Program-made: the position numbers and the translations under genes
The notes under the pieces: generated by a model
Told to the model about the DNA's origin: nothing
The model's database searches: none
What the model saw: the letters and a program-made list of their open reading frames with translations, nothing else
Shown here: piece after piece, positions 1-10,414 of the stretch
How positions within the stretch are numbered: the first letter of the stretch is position 1
How the letters are laid out: the number at the start of each line of letters is the position of its first letter
Source of the DNA: Candidatus Woesearchaeota archaeon
Lineage (GTDB): Archaea > Nanobdellota > Nanobdellia > Pacearchaeales > GW2011-AR1
Assembly: GCA_964417865.1 (NCBI GenBank)
Contig: CAYQJI010000001.1
Location: forward strand, 14,492-78,491
Reading direction: 5' to 3'
DNA: 64,000 nt

Positions 1-156
1 TACTTTTAATTCACAAAATTCTATGTTTAAATTTCTGTTTTTTAATTCAAAAGGAACAAGACAATTTTTCTCTCTATAATCTATTAAAATTTTTGATTTC
101 TCTTCTTTTTTTATTCTTTCATTTGAAAAAATGTCTAAAATCTTTTTTTCTTCCAT
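1..156 (-). CDS. ERCC4/XPF-type nuclease, N-terminal part (runs off the window)
   Basis: Not in the ORF track. Reads MEEKKILDIFSNERIKKEEKSKILIDYREKNCLVPFELKNRNLNIEFCELKV; the ILIDYRE...L..V pattern matches the start of ERCC4 domains. Lies directly downstream of the Hef-like helicase. Confidence 0.7.
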   Translation of the reverse strand, partial: MEEKKILDIFSNERIKKEEKSKILIDYREKNCLVPFELKNRNLNIEFCELKV

Positions 157-186
157 TTTATTAATTATAAGTATTAGTTGTAAAAA

Positions 187-1746
187 TTACAAAAGTGTTT
201 GTTGTTTTTCTTGTGTTTTTTCTTTATTTAACATTTCCTGTTTTATATCATCAATAATTTTATGCATCTTTTTTTCTTTTGCATTTGAAACATAATAAAA
301 AGTTTCGTCTCTTGTACCCTTTGTGATAAGCACAATTATCTTCCCAGGAGATAATCTTGCTGTTCTTCCTCCTCTTTGAATTTTTCTTATAGCAGAAGGA
401 ACAGGTTCATAAAAAACAACTAAACTTACTTCAGGTATATCTAACCCTTCTTCTCCTATTGAGGTAGCGCACAAAACATTTATTTTTCCTTCTGAAAATT
501 CCTCAATAATTCTTCTTTGTTCTTTCTGATTTAGACCTATTTGTTCTCCTAAAGACTCTTTTTTTGTTTGTCCAATAAAAACTTTTGATTTTATTCCTTC
601 TATCTTATTTAATTCCCTTGAAATTATTGCTGCAGTTGTCCTAAACTGTGAAAAAATAATAACCTTAAAATCTTTTTTATTTTTCTCTTCTTTAATCAGA
701 TTAATTAGCTCTTCTATTTTGGGGTGTTCTATCCCTTTGGAAAGTAATTCATTCGCTTTTATATATGCTAAATTAAACTCTTTTCTTTTTATTAAAGAAT
801 TTAAACTTCTTGTATTTTTTTCTGAAGCTTGTTTAAATAAATCTTTCATAAAATCATTAAATGTTTTTAGTGTTTGGGTTTCAATTAGCTCCAAAGCATG
901 TTGCATCCTGATTGCTTGTGAGCAATCTGCAATTGCTAACAAAATAGAATAATCTTTTTTTTCAAAATTTGCCCTTTTCATTAATCTTTTTTGTAATAGT
1001 ATAAGTTCTGTTTTAGAAGAATTATTAAAAATTAATTTTCTTTTCCTTAAATTTTCTAAATAATCATTAAATATCTCTTTTATTAATTCTCTTATCTCCA
1101 TAAATTCTGGAGGAAAATTTACAATTTTTTTTTCAAAAGTCAATTCTTTTAGATAAGGTTTTATTTCTTTACTTTCTCTTGTTTTTAATTCAACATCTTC
1201 TATAAACAAATTTTTACATATCTCTTTTACTTTTGAATAATCACTTCCAGGAGAAGCAGTTAATCCCAAAATTCTAGAATTTTTTGATTGTTTAATATAA
1301 ATCTGAGCAATATAATTATAATCGTAATTCTTTATGCATCTATGAGCCTCATCTTCAATTAACAAACAAACATCTTCTAAAGAATAAAGCTCTTTTTTTA
1401 AATCGTTTGCAATACATTGAGGTGTTGAAAACACAATATCTGAATCCTGCCAAATCTTTTTTCTTTCATTTGATTTAACTTTTCCGGTAAAAAGATTCAT
1501 CTCTGCAAATAACTCAGGAAGGTGTTTTTTAAAAAAAATTAAATGTTGTTCAACTAAAGGTTTTGTTGGTGCTAAAAAAACAACTTTTTGTCCTGGAACC
1601 TTTTTCATCCTTTCAATACAAACCATTAAAGCTATTAGAGTCTTTCCTAAACCTGTGGGTAAAACAACTAAACAATTTTTTTCTATGCATTTCTTTGCAA
1701 TTTCTATTTGATAATCTCTAGGGTTTATATTTTTAAGAAATTCCAT
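187..1746 (-). CDS. hef: Hef/FANCM/Mph1-like SF2 DEAH helicase (helicase only)
   Basis: PRDYQ, LPTGLGKT, DEAH, GLTASPG, ATSIGEEGLDIP and IQRGGRTAR motifs. Confidence 0.9.
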   Translation of the reverse strand: MEFLKNINPRDYQIEIAKKCIEKNCLVVLPTGLGKTLIALMVCIERMKKVPGQKVVFLAPTKPLVEQHLIFFKKHLPELFAEMNLFTGKVKSNERKKIWQDSDIVFSTPQCIANDLKKELYSLEDVCLLIEDEAHRCIKNYDYNYIAQIYIKQSKNSRILGLTASPGSDYSKVKEICKNLFIEDVELKTRESKEIKPYLKELTFEKKIVNFPPEFMEIRELIKEIFNDYLENLRKRKLIFNNSSKTELILLQKRLMKRANFEKKDYSILLAIADCSQAIRMQHALELIETQTLKTFNDFMKDLFKQASEKNTRSLNSLIKRKEFNLAYIKANELLSKGIEHPKIEELINLIKEEKNKKDFKVIIFSQFRTTAAIISRELNKIEGIKSKVFIGQTKKESLGEQIGLNQKEQRRIIEEFSEGKINVLCATSIGEEGLDIPEVSLVVFYEPVPSAIRKIQRGGRTARLSPGKIIVLITKGTRDETFYYVSNAKEKKMHKIIDDIKQEMLNKEKTQEKQQTLL

Positions 1747-1770
1747 TTTAATTTATTCTTTTTATATCTT

Positions 1771-2433
1771 TTATACTATTAAAACACTAAAAAATAATCC
1801 TATCAAAACTATTAATGAAAGAACAGACCACCATAACATCTTTCCATAAAAGATTTTATTACCATCTAATTCTCCTATAGGCAATAGATTAAAAAAACTA
1901 TAATATAAAGCTAACCTAGCTGAAGTTTCAAAACCGAATAAATAAAAGAGCAATGAAATAAACAAATTCATTAAAATTCCTGAAGAAGCAATTATGGCCA
2001 TATGATATTCGCTCATCTCTGAAAAAGAATAAAGTCCATATCTTTTTGCACTCCTATAAACTCGTGGTTTTACGTCGAAAATTAATGAAGCCATCCAAAT
2101 AAAATTCCCAAAAGCAAAAAATAAAAATCTTGATAAAAATGGGATAATTATTCCTAAAGGGAAAGATACTACCTTTTCTTTCCATTTCTTTCTTAATTTT
2201 ATTTTTTTTGTTTCCCAAATTTTTATTTCCAATTCGCTATCTAACAAATAAGCAGAAAATTTTTTTATTAAGACATTTAGAATAATTATTATTGATAAAG
2301 ATAAAAAAATAGTTAAGTACAAATTAAATTCTTTAAAGATATCTTTAAACAAATTTATTGAAAAAGTTAAAATTAAAATAACACTTAAAATAGTTAAAAT
2401 TTCTCTGAAGTTTATCCTCTTTTTATAAACCAT
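1771..2433 (-). CDS. Membrane protein, peptidase M50-like but lacking HExxH
   Basis: Several TM helices and FNLLPIGELDG (NxxPxxxLDG); no HExxH. Confidence 0.55.
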   Translation of the reverse strand: MVYKKRINFREILTILSVILILTFSINLFKDIFKEFNLYLTIFLSLSIIIILNVLIKKFSAYLLDSELEIKIWETKKIKLRKKWKEKVVSFPLGIIIPFLSRFLFFAFGNFIWMASLIFDVKPRVYRSAKRYGLYSFSEMSEYHMAIIASSGILMNLFISLLFYLFGFETSARLALYYSFFNLLPIGELDGNKIFYGKMLWWSVLSLIVLIGLFFSVLIV

Positions 2434-2540
2434 TAATTTATTAATCTTATATTTTTTATAAATTTATCTTATTTTATTTTAAATCTATCATTATATTAAA
2501 CAATGGAAAACTATTTAAATAAAATTAATCATTTTTTATT

Positions 2541-2819
2541 ATGAAAATAGAAAAAATAAGCGAAGTTTTAGGAAGCAAAGTTTACACTGATTCTGGAGAT
2601 TTTTTCGGGGAAGTTGAAGAAGCAAATCTTTTAGATAATAAGATTGATAGCTGGAAAATAAGAGTAGGTGGGACAATTGTTTCTGCACTTGGTGGAGCAA
2701 GAGGTGTTATTATACCCCATCAGTTTGTGAGATCTATAGGGGATGTTTTCATTATAAGTAAATCTGCTCTTCCAAATACAAACGACAGTATAGAAGAGAT
2801 TCCAGAAGATTTAGTTTAA
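2541..2819 (+). CDS. PRC-barrel domain protein
   Basis: ISEVLGSKVYTDSGDFFGEVEE...IIPHQFVRSIGDVFII is a typical archaeal PRC-barrel pattern. Confidence 0.8.
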   Translation: MKIEKISEVLGSKVYTDSGDFFGEVEEANLLDNKIDSWKIRVGGTIVSALGGARGVIIPHQFVRSIGDVFIISKSALPNTNDSIEEIPEDLV

Positions 2820-2837
2820 ACTTGTTTAAATCCTAAA

Positions 2838-3332
2838 ATGGTAGATATTACAAGCTCACTAAAAACATTTTTATCAGATGCAATATTACCCTTATTACTA
2901 GTTTGGGCTCTAATTTTTGCAGTTTTAGAAAAGGTTAAATTTTTTGGAGAGAATAAAAAACAATTAAATGCAATTATTTCTTTAGTAATAGGTTTAATTT
3001 TTTCTTTCTCTGTTTTTCCTAAATTGATTGTTGGGAATCTTATACTTTTTTTAGCTGTTTCACTTGTTGCTTTATTTGTTATTCTCTTATTATGGGGTTT
3101 TATATTTGGAACTGAAAAAGAAGGATTCAAACCTGAAGATTGGATGAAATGGTCTTTAGCAGTTATATTTGGAATAGCCTTCATAGGAGCAATCTTTTGG
3201 GCTACTGGTTGGAATAAAAAATTAGGGGGTTTGATCTCGATAAATTTATCAAATCCTATTTTTTTGAATATCCTTTTTGTAATAATCATTGCAGTTGTTT
3301 TGGCATTATTTATGAGTTCAGGGAAAAAATAA
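2838..3332 (+). CDS. Hypothetical multi-pass membrane protein
   Basis: Hydrophobic helices; shares ILP.LL.(W/F)A..F..L.K.K.F.ENK..N.IIS with the next gene. Confidence 0.7.
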   Translation: MVDITSSLKTFLSDAILPLLLVWALIFAVLEKVKFFGENKKQLNAIISLVIGLIFSFSVFPKLIVGNLILFLAVSLVALFVILLLWGFIFGTEKEGFKPEDWMKWSLAVIFGIAFIGAIFWATGWNKKLGGLISINLSNPIFLNILFVIIIAVVLALFMSSGKK

Positions 3333-3392
3333 CTTAATATTTAAAATAAATAAATTAGAAACATATTTAAATAAAAATTTATTAAATACTCT

Positions 3393-3959
3393 ATGTTCGA
3401 TAAACTTATATTTTTAGCAAGCTATGGAGCTTTTTCTGGGGGAGGATTTGGTGATTTATTATCTAAATTAGAGGATGCTGGATTTTTTAGTTATATTGTT
3501 CCTTTTTTGCTCTTATTTGCAATTGTTTTTGGTATCTTAACTAAAACAAAAATATTCCAAGAAAATAAAGCTGTTAATGGAATAATCTCTTTTTCTGTTG
3601 CTTTAATGGCTTTACAATTTGATTTTGTTTCTCAATTTTTTTCTCAACTTTTTCCAAGGCTTGGTATCGGATTAGCTGTAATCCTTGTTATATTGATTCT
3701 TATAGGTTTATTCACTGACCCTGGTAATGAAGCGATAAATTGGGTTTTATTCGGGATAGCTGTTGTTATTATAGGAGCAGTTTTATTAAAAACAAGTAAC
3801 GCTCTTGGTTGGTCCTCTATTGGAGATTGGTTTAGCCAAAATTTAGGTATGATTATCGCAGGTGGTGTTATTATTGCTATTATTGCTATTATCATGAATG
3901 CAGATAAACCTAAAAATCCTAAACAGCAACCATTTAGCCCGATTCTTTGGAAACAATAA
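3393..3959 (+). CDS. Hypothetical multi-pass membrane protein, paralog of 2838-3332
   Basis: IVPFLLLFAIVFGILTKTKIFQENKAVNGIIS; TATA-like tttaaata about 25 bp upstream. Confidence 0.7.
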   Translation: MFDKLIFLASYGAFSGGGFGDLLSKLEDAGFFSYIVPFLLLFAIVFGILTKTKIFQENKAVNGIISFSVALMALQFDFVSQFFSQLFPRLGIGLAVILVILILIGLFTDPGNEAINWVLFGIAVVIIGAVLLKTSNALGWSSIGDWFSQNLGMIIAGGVIIAIIAIIMNADKPKNPKQQPFSPILWKQ

Positions 3960-4068
3960 TTATTATTTATTATAAAGATTATAAGCAAAATCTCATAGGA
4001 TCTTTTTTAAACTCAATAAAACTTAATTAATTTTAACAATATACAAATAATACTTTTAATTTACCCCT

Positions 4069-5004
4069 TTACCTTTTAGAAACAAATTTTGAAAAAGAAT
4101 CTTGCATTAAATTTATCTCTTTTTTTACACTTTCTAAATTTTGACCATAACTCCCTATCTTTTCTAAAATTGATAATTGTAATTTTTCAATTATATTTTC
4201 TATTTTTCTTAATCTTTCATCAATCATTCCTAATTTTGATTTTAAAATACTTAATTCATTAGAAAAAGAATTATTTTCATTTTGAATCTTTTTAATTTTT
4301 TCTGAGAATATCTGATTAGCAATTTCTATAATATTATCAGTATTCATAATTTGGGTATCATTACTTGTTGTTGATGAAAAATCGTTTTGATATTGGGGGT
4401 AATCTAGAGAGTCGGATTGATAATCTCCATAGCTGTTACTATAATTATATTGTTCTTCTCTAGGGTAAGGTATACTTGAAGGTATTCCTTCATTAGCCTC
4501 CTCTTGAGAATAAACTTGTTGTTCAATATTCTCTGGATAATTTTCATATTCTGGATTTTGGGGATTTGGTGAATAAAACTTTTGATAAGGTGGATAAGGA
4601 GGATATTGTTCTTCTTGAGTGTATTGCTGTTGTTCTTGATTTATTCCTTGAGAAAATGAAGGTTCTTGACTAAAATAATAATCTGGTTTAATATTAAACT
4701 CTTTTTGAGAGATTTCTAAGGGGTTTATATCCTTGGGCTCTTCAATCTCTTTTTTTACTTCTTTTTTTACTTCTTCTTGATTTGGTATTGGTATATTAGG
4801 CTCTTCTGGTTCTTCTCCGTCCATCATAGAAGGTTGTAACTCTTCATCTTCTCCAAACTCGGATATTGCACTTTTTATTTCTGCTTGTTTCATAGCTTCA
4901 TCTATATCTTTTGGAGTTACACCTGATTCAGACAAAATCTTTTTTATTTCTTCATCAGATTTTCCTTCTTTTTTTAGATTTAATACTTGATCTAGATATC
5001 CCAT
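4069..5004 (-). CDS. Hypothetical protein with acidic Q/P/Y-rich region and C-terminal coiled coil
   Basis: 311-aa ORF; composition only. Confidence 0.65.
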   Translation of the reverse strand: MGYLDQVLNLKKEGKSDEEIKKILSESGVTPKDIDEAMKQAEIKSAISEFGEDEELQPSMMDGEEPEEPNIPIPNQEEVKKEVKKEIEEPKDINPLEISQKEFNIKPDYYFSQEPSFSQGINQEQQQYTQEEQYPPYPPYQKFYSPNPQNPEYENYPENIEQQVYSQEEANEGIPSSIPYPREEQYNYSNSYGDYQSDSLDYPQYQNDFSSTTSNDTQIMNTDNIIEIANQIFSEKIKKIQNENNSFSNELSILKSKLGMIDERLRKIENIIEKLQLSILEKIGSYGQNLESVKKEINLMQDSFSKFVSKR

Positions 5005-5005
5005 A

Positions 5006-5398
5006 TTATTTTTTTATATTTAAATTAGGAGAACCCTCTTTTTTAATTTTTTCTTCTTGAAAATATCTTTCCAATTCTTTTTTTGTAACTAATTCTAATG
5101 GATTAAACATTTTTGCATGCCTATAAAGAATTTCTATATCTTCCTTTTTTGCAAATTTTGAAAATTCTGAAGAGATTATTTCTAAAAATTGAGAAATACT
5201 TTTTACCTCTTCTTTTAATTTTTCCAATTCTTTTTTTAAATCCAAAATTCTTAAAGAAGTTGAATCTTTTAATTCTAACAGGTTTTGATTTAAAAGGAAA
5301 ATTTGATCTTTGATAATTCTTTCTTTTTCTTCAATATTCCTTATTTTAGAATTTAATAAAGAAAAATCTTCTTTAATAAATCCAGGGTTGTTTTCCAT
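5006..5398 (-). CDS. Hypothetical coiled-coil protein, divergent from the pilus ATPase
   Basis: 130-aa ORF adjacent to 4069-5004. Confidence 0.65.
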   Translation of the reverse strand: MENNPGFIKEDFSLLNSKIRNIEEKERIIKDQIFLLNQNLLELKDSTSLRILDLKKELEKLKEEVKSISQFLEIISSEFSKFAKKEDIEILYRHAKMFNPLELVTKKELERYFQEEKIKKEGSPNLNIKK

Positions 5399-5478
5399 AG
5401 AATATATATAAAAAATAAGTTTAAATTTGTTTGCTATTTAATACAAAATATTTTAAACTTCTTTATCTATCCTTTTAA

Positions 5479-7821
5479 ATGGTAGAAAAAAAAGAATTGA
5501 AAAAAGAGGATTCTTCAACAAATAACAAGGAAAATAATATAGAAAACCCTTTATCTGCATTATATTCTTATGAAGTGAGGAAAGAAGGGGGAGAGGATAT
5601 TCTTTATATTAATTATCTTGGTTCTCCTTATATTCCAAGCATAGCAGATTATTCAGAAGTAATGAATAAGGTTATAGATATTTTATTAGAGGCTCCTAAT
5701 GTTTCTAGAATAATCTTAAGTCAGCAAAAAAACTATAACTATGATTTTCAAGAGACAAAAGCTTTGATAGAATTATCTCAATTTTATAATTATTTAGTCA
5801 AACAAGAGAAAATCCTTTCTATAAACAAAATTTCTCCTTTAAACACCAATTTGTTTACAGAGAGGTATAATCAGTTATTCAAATTTTTAGTTTTATTAAA
5901 AAAAGATCCTGTTTCTTCTTTTTTTGAATTAAAAAAAATAATTATAGAGAATAAAATAAAATTAGAAAAAACAGATTTATTTTCAAAACAAGATATTGAA
6001 AATTATCTTTTCCTTTTAAATAAAATTTTATCCCTTATGGAAAATTTATACATAATCCAAAAGTTATCCCCTTATTTTGATTCTTATAAAAATGGGGAAA
6101 GAGAAATTTACAATTTAATTTTTAAACCTGATATTATCCCAAATTTTACCTTAACAAGATTAATTTCCGATATTCCAAAAGATGCTGAAATAATTGATCA
6201 ATATACAATAGGGGAAGATGAAGATACTTCTGTTGTGACAATTTTAAAGAATAAACACGAAACAACACTCTTTTATCATTTAATACCCCCTGAAAATTCA
6301 TTAGAAGAAGAACAAATTTTACTTTTAGAACTTGCTAGAGAAGTTTTAATGGAACATCAGCCAAAAGCAGAAGAATTTACAGATGTTTCGAGAATAAGGC
6401 AAGTTTTTTTCAATATTTCAAAAGATTTATTGCAAGATTTATCCCAAGCTAAAAATATAACATTAGATTATTCTATCTTAAACAAATTAGCTTCTATTCT
6501 TGTTAGACAAACAATTGGTTTTGGTTTAATTGAGGTTTTATTACAAGACAAAAAAATACAAGATATAATGCTAAATTCACCAATCCCAAAAACTAACATT
6601 TTTATAAAACATGAAGATTATAACGAGTGTTTAACTAATATTTTGCCAAGTCAATCAGATGTTGATTCTTGGGCTGCTAAGTTTAGGATGATCTCTGGAA
6701 GACCTTTAGATGAGTCAAACCCTATATTAGATACTCAATTAGAAATAGGGAAAATAAGAGCGAGAATTGCTATAATACAAAATCCCTTATCTCCTGATGG
6801 AATAGCTTATGCAATAAGGAAACATAGAGAAGAACCTTGGACATTGCCTTTATTCATACAAAACAAGATGATTAATTCTTTTACTGCTGGATTATTAAGT
6901 TTCTTAATTGATGGTGGAAGAACTGTTTTAATTGCAGGTACAAGAGGATCTGGCAAATCTTCTCTTTTAGGAAGTTTAATGTTAGAGATACTCCCAAAAA
7001 ATAGAATTATTGTTGTTGAAGACTCTTTGGAATTGCCTGTAGAATCTTTAAGAGAATTAGGCTTTAATATTTTAAGAATGAAAGTGAGATCTGCTTTATT
7101 AACAAACACGACAGAAGTTTCTGCTGACGATGGAATAAGAACAAGTTTAAGATTAGGAGATTCTTGTTTAATTGTTGGAGAAGTTAGAAGTGTTGAAGCT
7201 AAAGCTTTGTATGAAGCAATGAGAGTGGGAGCATTAGCAAATGTTGTTGCAGGTACAATTCATGGTGCTTCTCCTTATGCTGTTTTTGATAGGGTTGTGA
7301 ATGATTTAGAAGTTCCTACAACTAGTTTTAAGGCAACTGATATAATTGTTATTTGTAATCCAATAAAAAGTGCAGACGGTTTACATTCTAAAAAGAGAGT
7401 TGTACAGGTTTCAGAAGTTAGAAAACATTGGGTAAATGATCCTGTTTCTGAAAAAGGTTTTGTTAATCTTCTTAATTATAATATTGAAAAAGATGAATTA
7501 GAGATAACTCCTGATTTAATCAACGGAGATAGTGAAATTATAAAGGAGATCGCTTCAAATGTTCATGATTGGGTTGGTGATTGGGATGCTGTTTATGACA
7601 ATATTCTTTTAAGAGCAAAGATAAAGCAAGAATTAGTAGACTCTGCAGAAAGAATAAAAAATAACAAACTTTTAGAAGCTAAATTTAATGTGCTTGCAAA
7701 TCAAGCATTTCATGAAATTTCTGATAAAGTAAGAGAAGAAGAAGGAAAACTCTCTTCAGAAAAAGTTTTTTCATTATGGAAAAAATGGCTTGATAATCAA
7801 ATTTCTTTGAATAATTTCTAA
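5479..7821 (+). CDS. Type II/IV secretion (pilus assembly) ATPase, VirB11/TadA/ArlI-like
   Basis: Walker A GTRGSGKS, Asp box VEDSLEL, Walker B LIVGEVR, GTIHG His box. Confidence 0.9.
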   Translation: MVEKKELKKEDSSTNNKENNIENPLSALYSYEVRKEGGEDILYINYLGSPYIPSIADYSEVMNKVIDILLEAPNVSRIILSQQKNYNYDFQETKALIELSQFYNYLVKQEKILSINKISPLNTNLFTERYNQLFKFLVLLKKDPVSSFFELKKIIIENKIKLEKTDLFSKQDIENYLFLLNKILSLMENLYIIQKLSPYFDSYKNGEREIYNLIFKPDIIPNFTLTRLISDIPKDAEIIDQYTIGEDEDTSVVTILKNKHETTLFYHLIPPENSLEEEQILLLELAREVLMEHQPKAEEFTDVSRIRQVFFNISKDLLQDLSQAKNITLDYSILNKLASILVRQTIGFGLIEVLLQDKKIQDIMLNSPIPKTNIFIKHEDYNECLTNILPSQSDVDSWAAKFRMISGRPLDESNPILDTQLEIGKIRARIAIIQNPLSPDGIAYAIRKHREEPWTLPLFIQNKMINSFTAGLLSFLIDGGRTVLIAGTRGSGKSSLLGSLMLEILPKNRIIVVEDSLELPVESLRELGFNILRMKVRSALLTNTTEVSADDGIRTSLRLGDSCLIVGEVRSVEAKALYEAMRVGALANVVAGTIHGASPYAVFDRVVNDLEVPTTSFKATDIIVICNPIKSADGLHSKKRVVQVSEVRKHWVNDPVSEKGFVNLLNYNIEKDELEITPDLINGDSEIIKEIASNVHDWVGDWDAVYDNILLRAKIKQELVDSAERIKNNKLLEAKFNVLANQAFHEISDKVREEEGKLSSEKVFSLWKKWLDNQISLNNF

Positions 7822-7876
7822 TTTTCTAAACATTTATTAATCTTTTTTCTTTTTTATTCTTATATAAAGAGAGATC

Positions 7877-10051
7877 ATGGAAGACAAAAAAATAGATATT
7901 CATGAGATAATTGAGAAACATTCTCAAAGATTACAAAAAGATTTAGACTCTTTTAATAGTATAAAAAAATCTTCTTATAGCAAATCTTATGAATCTTTTA
8001 AAAAAGAAATAAGTCCAGAACCTTCTAATTATGAAAAATGGTGTATTGCTTTAGGTCAAATCATAAAACTAAAAATCTCAAAAAAAGAGGAAGAAGAAAT
8101 TCAAAAAAAATTAGATATAGCTAATTTAGATATAGAACCTTGGCATACTGTTACATTAGCATTTACTTCTTTTCTATTAATCTTTTTTTTAGGATTAATT
8201 TTCTGTTTTGCTCTCTCATATCTAACTGGTAGTGCTTTTCCTGCTGGTCTTTTTATTATGATATGTATTGTTGGAGTTTTTTCTTATCATTTTTTAAGAA
8301 ATTATCCTGATAGAGTTGCTAATAAATGGAGATTAAAAGCTTCTTCACAGATGGTTCCTGCTATTCTATATGTTGTTATCTATATGAGACATACTTCTAA
8401 TTTAGAAAAAGCTATCTCCTTTGCATCAGAACATTTGGAATATCCTTTAAATTTAAATTTTAAAAAAATTTTTTATGATGTTGAAATAGGAAAATTTTCA
8501 ACTATCAAAGAAAGTTTAGATAATTACCTTTCTAGATGGAGAGACTATTCTCCTCAGTTTATTGAATCATTCAATCTCATTGAGAGCAGTTTGTTTGAAC
8601 CTAATGAAGAAAAAAGAATTGACATATTAGAAAAATCTCTACAATTAGTTTTAGATGGCACTTATGATAAAATGTTAAAATTTACTCATGAAGTTAGGAG
8701 TCCATTGACTAATGTTTATATGTTAGGAGTCATTTTACCAACTCTTGCTATTGCTTTATTGCCTATGGCAAATATACTCTTGCAGAACCAGTTGAAAACC
8801 TCTCATGTTTTTGTTTTATTCAATTTAATAGTTCCTTTCCTTGTTTTTTATCTTACTGATAAAATTTTATTTTTGAGACCTGGTGGTCATGGTGAAGTGT
8901 CTTTATTAGAAAAAAATCCCAAATATTATTTATATAAATCCAAAAAACCAATTATTAAAGCTTTTCTTATCTCTTTCCCATTTATTCTTTTAGGGTTAAT
9001 TCCTTTAATTTTTCAATATACTCCTTTGCCTTTATGGCTTAATCTTCAGAGAGATTATACTTTTTCTCAGTTGGGACTTCCTTTTTTTGGAGAAGATACT
9101 TATTTTTTTGGTATAACTGAAGTTGATGGTGTAATTAAAGGGCCTTATGGTATTGGTTCTATGATTTTAAGTATATTTTTTATTTTTGGAGTAGCTTTAT
9201 TTTTTTATATTTCTTTTAAAGGAAAAACTTCTGAATTAAAAAAAGAGAGGGAAAAAACAAAAGAGTTAGAAATTGAATTTAATAATTCTTTATTCCAATT
9301 AGGAAATAAACTTGGAACTGGAACACCCTTGGAGATAGCATTTGGAAAAGTTGCAGAAGACACAAAAGGGTTAAGGACAGAGGATTTTTTCAAAAAAACT
9401 AATTATAATATAACCCAAATGGGAATGAGTGTGGAACAAGCCCTATTTGATAGTAAAAGAGGGGTTTTAATTTATTATCCTTCAAGTTTGGTTTATACAA
9501 GTATGAAAATTCTTGTAGAATCCTCTAAGAAAGGTTCAACAATTGCTGCTTTAAGTTTAGTTAATCTTTCCCAATATGTAAAGAATTTTTATAAGATAAC
9601 TGACAGACTTAAAGATCTGCTTTCAGAAATTATCTCAGATATGAAGAGTAATATGACTTTTTTAGCTCCTATACTCTCTGGAATAATTGTTGGATTATCT
9701 ATGATGATGAGCTCTATTTTAAGTTATATTTCTACTATCAGTAATAATTTTTCAGATGTTTCTTCTTCGCAATTTGGGAATATAGGTTCAATATTAAAAA
9801 TGTTTGAAGGGACAGAAACAATAGCCCCTTATTTCCTGCAAATAATTGTGGGAATTTATCTTATTGAAATAGTTTTTATTTTAACAAAGACTCTGGTTGC
9901 TATAGATTCTGGAGAAGATAAATTAGATCAGATTTATCTAACAGGGATGAATTTAAGGAGAGCAATATTTCTTTATTCTATAATTGCGATAGGCTCTTCT
10001 ATAGCTTTATCATTCTTAAGTTCTTTTGTTCTTTCTGGTTTGATTCAATAA
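7877..10051 (+). CDS. TadC/ArlJ-like pilus membrane platform protein
   Basis: Large multi-TM protein right after the ATPase, with two T2SSF-like cytoplasmic repeats (SNLEKAI..., GTPLEIAF...). Confidence 0.8.
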   Translation: MEDKKIDIHEIIEKHSQRLQKDLDSFNSIKKSSYSKSYESFKKEISPEPSNYEKWCIALGQIIKLKISKKEEEEIQKKLDIANLDIEPWHTVTLAFTSFLLIFFLGLIFCFALSYLTGSAFPAGLFIMICIVGVFSYHFLRNYPDRVANKWRLKASSQMVPAILYVVIYMRHTSNLEKAISFASEHLEYPLNLNFKKIFYDVEIGKFSTIKESLDNYLSRWRDYSPQFIESFNLIESSLFEPNEEKRIDILEKSLQLVLDGTYDKMLKFTHEVRSPLTNVYMLGVILPTLAIALLPMANILLQNQLKTSHVFVLFNLIVPFLVFYLTDKILFLRPGGHGEVSLLEKNPKYYLYKSKKPIIKAFLISFPFILLGLIPLIFQYTPLPLWLNLQRDYTFSQLGLPFFGEDTYFFGITEVDGVIKGPYGIGSMILSIFFIFGVALFFYISFKGKTSELKKEREKTKELEIEFNNSLFQLGNKLGTGTPLEIAFGKVAEDTKGLRTEDFFKKTNYNITQMGMSVEQALFDSKRGVLIYYPSSLVYTSMKILVESSKKGSTIAALSLVNLSQYVKNFYKITDRLKDLLSEIISDMKSNMTFLAPILSGIIVGLSMMMSSILSYISTISNNFSDVSSSQFGNIGSILKMFEGTETIAPYFLQIIVGIYLIEIVFILTKTLVAIDSGEDKLDQIYLTGMNLRRAIFLYSIIAIGSSIALSFLSSFVLSGLIQ

Positions 10052-10100
10052 CTTTAGATTAATTAAATAAATTTATTAATTGGTTTTTATTTAATTTTTT

Positions 10101-10253
10101 ATGAAAAAAAGAGCAGTAATGTCTGACTTTATAATTTGGATTTTAATTGCGTTATTAATCTTATCTGTATTATTTATCTTTTATTTCATTTCAAATGGAA
10201 AGTTAAATAATCTTTCAGATTCAATTAAATCCTTATTCTCTTTTGGCAAATAA
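10101..10253 (+). CDS. Very small pilin-like protein (50 aa, class III signal peptide)
   Basis: Not in the ORF track. MKKRA|VMSDFIIWILIALLILSVLFIFYFISNGKLNNLSDSIKSLFSFGK. Confidence 0.7.
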   Translation: MKKRAVMSDFIIWILIALLILSVLFIFYFISNGKLNNLSDSIKSLFSFGK

Positions 10254-10254
10254 A

Positions 10255-10380
10255 ATGGAAATAACATTTGAGCAAATTGTTAAGATTATTTTAGGCCTTT
10301 TGATAGTTGCTGCTATAGGTTTTGGAATCTATCTATCAAAAAATTATCTCTCCAGTTTTTTTAATAATCTCCCAACTTAA
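10255..10380 (+). CDS. Very small pilin-like or single-TM protein (41 aa)
   Basis: Not in the ORF track. MEITFEQIVKIILGLLIVAAIGFGIYLSKNYLSSFFNNLPT; starts 1 nt after the previous stop. Confidence 0.55.
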   Translation: MEITFEQIVKIILGLLIVAAIGFGIYLSKNYLSSFFNNLPT

Positions 10381-10414
10381 AATAATAATTAAATAAAAGT
10401 AAATTTATCTTAAT

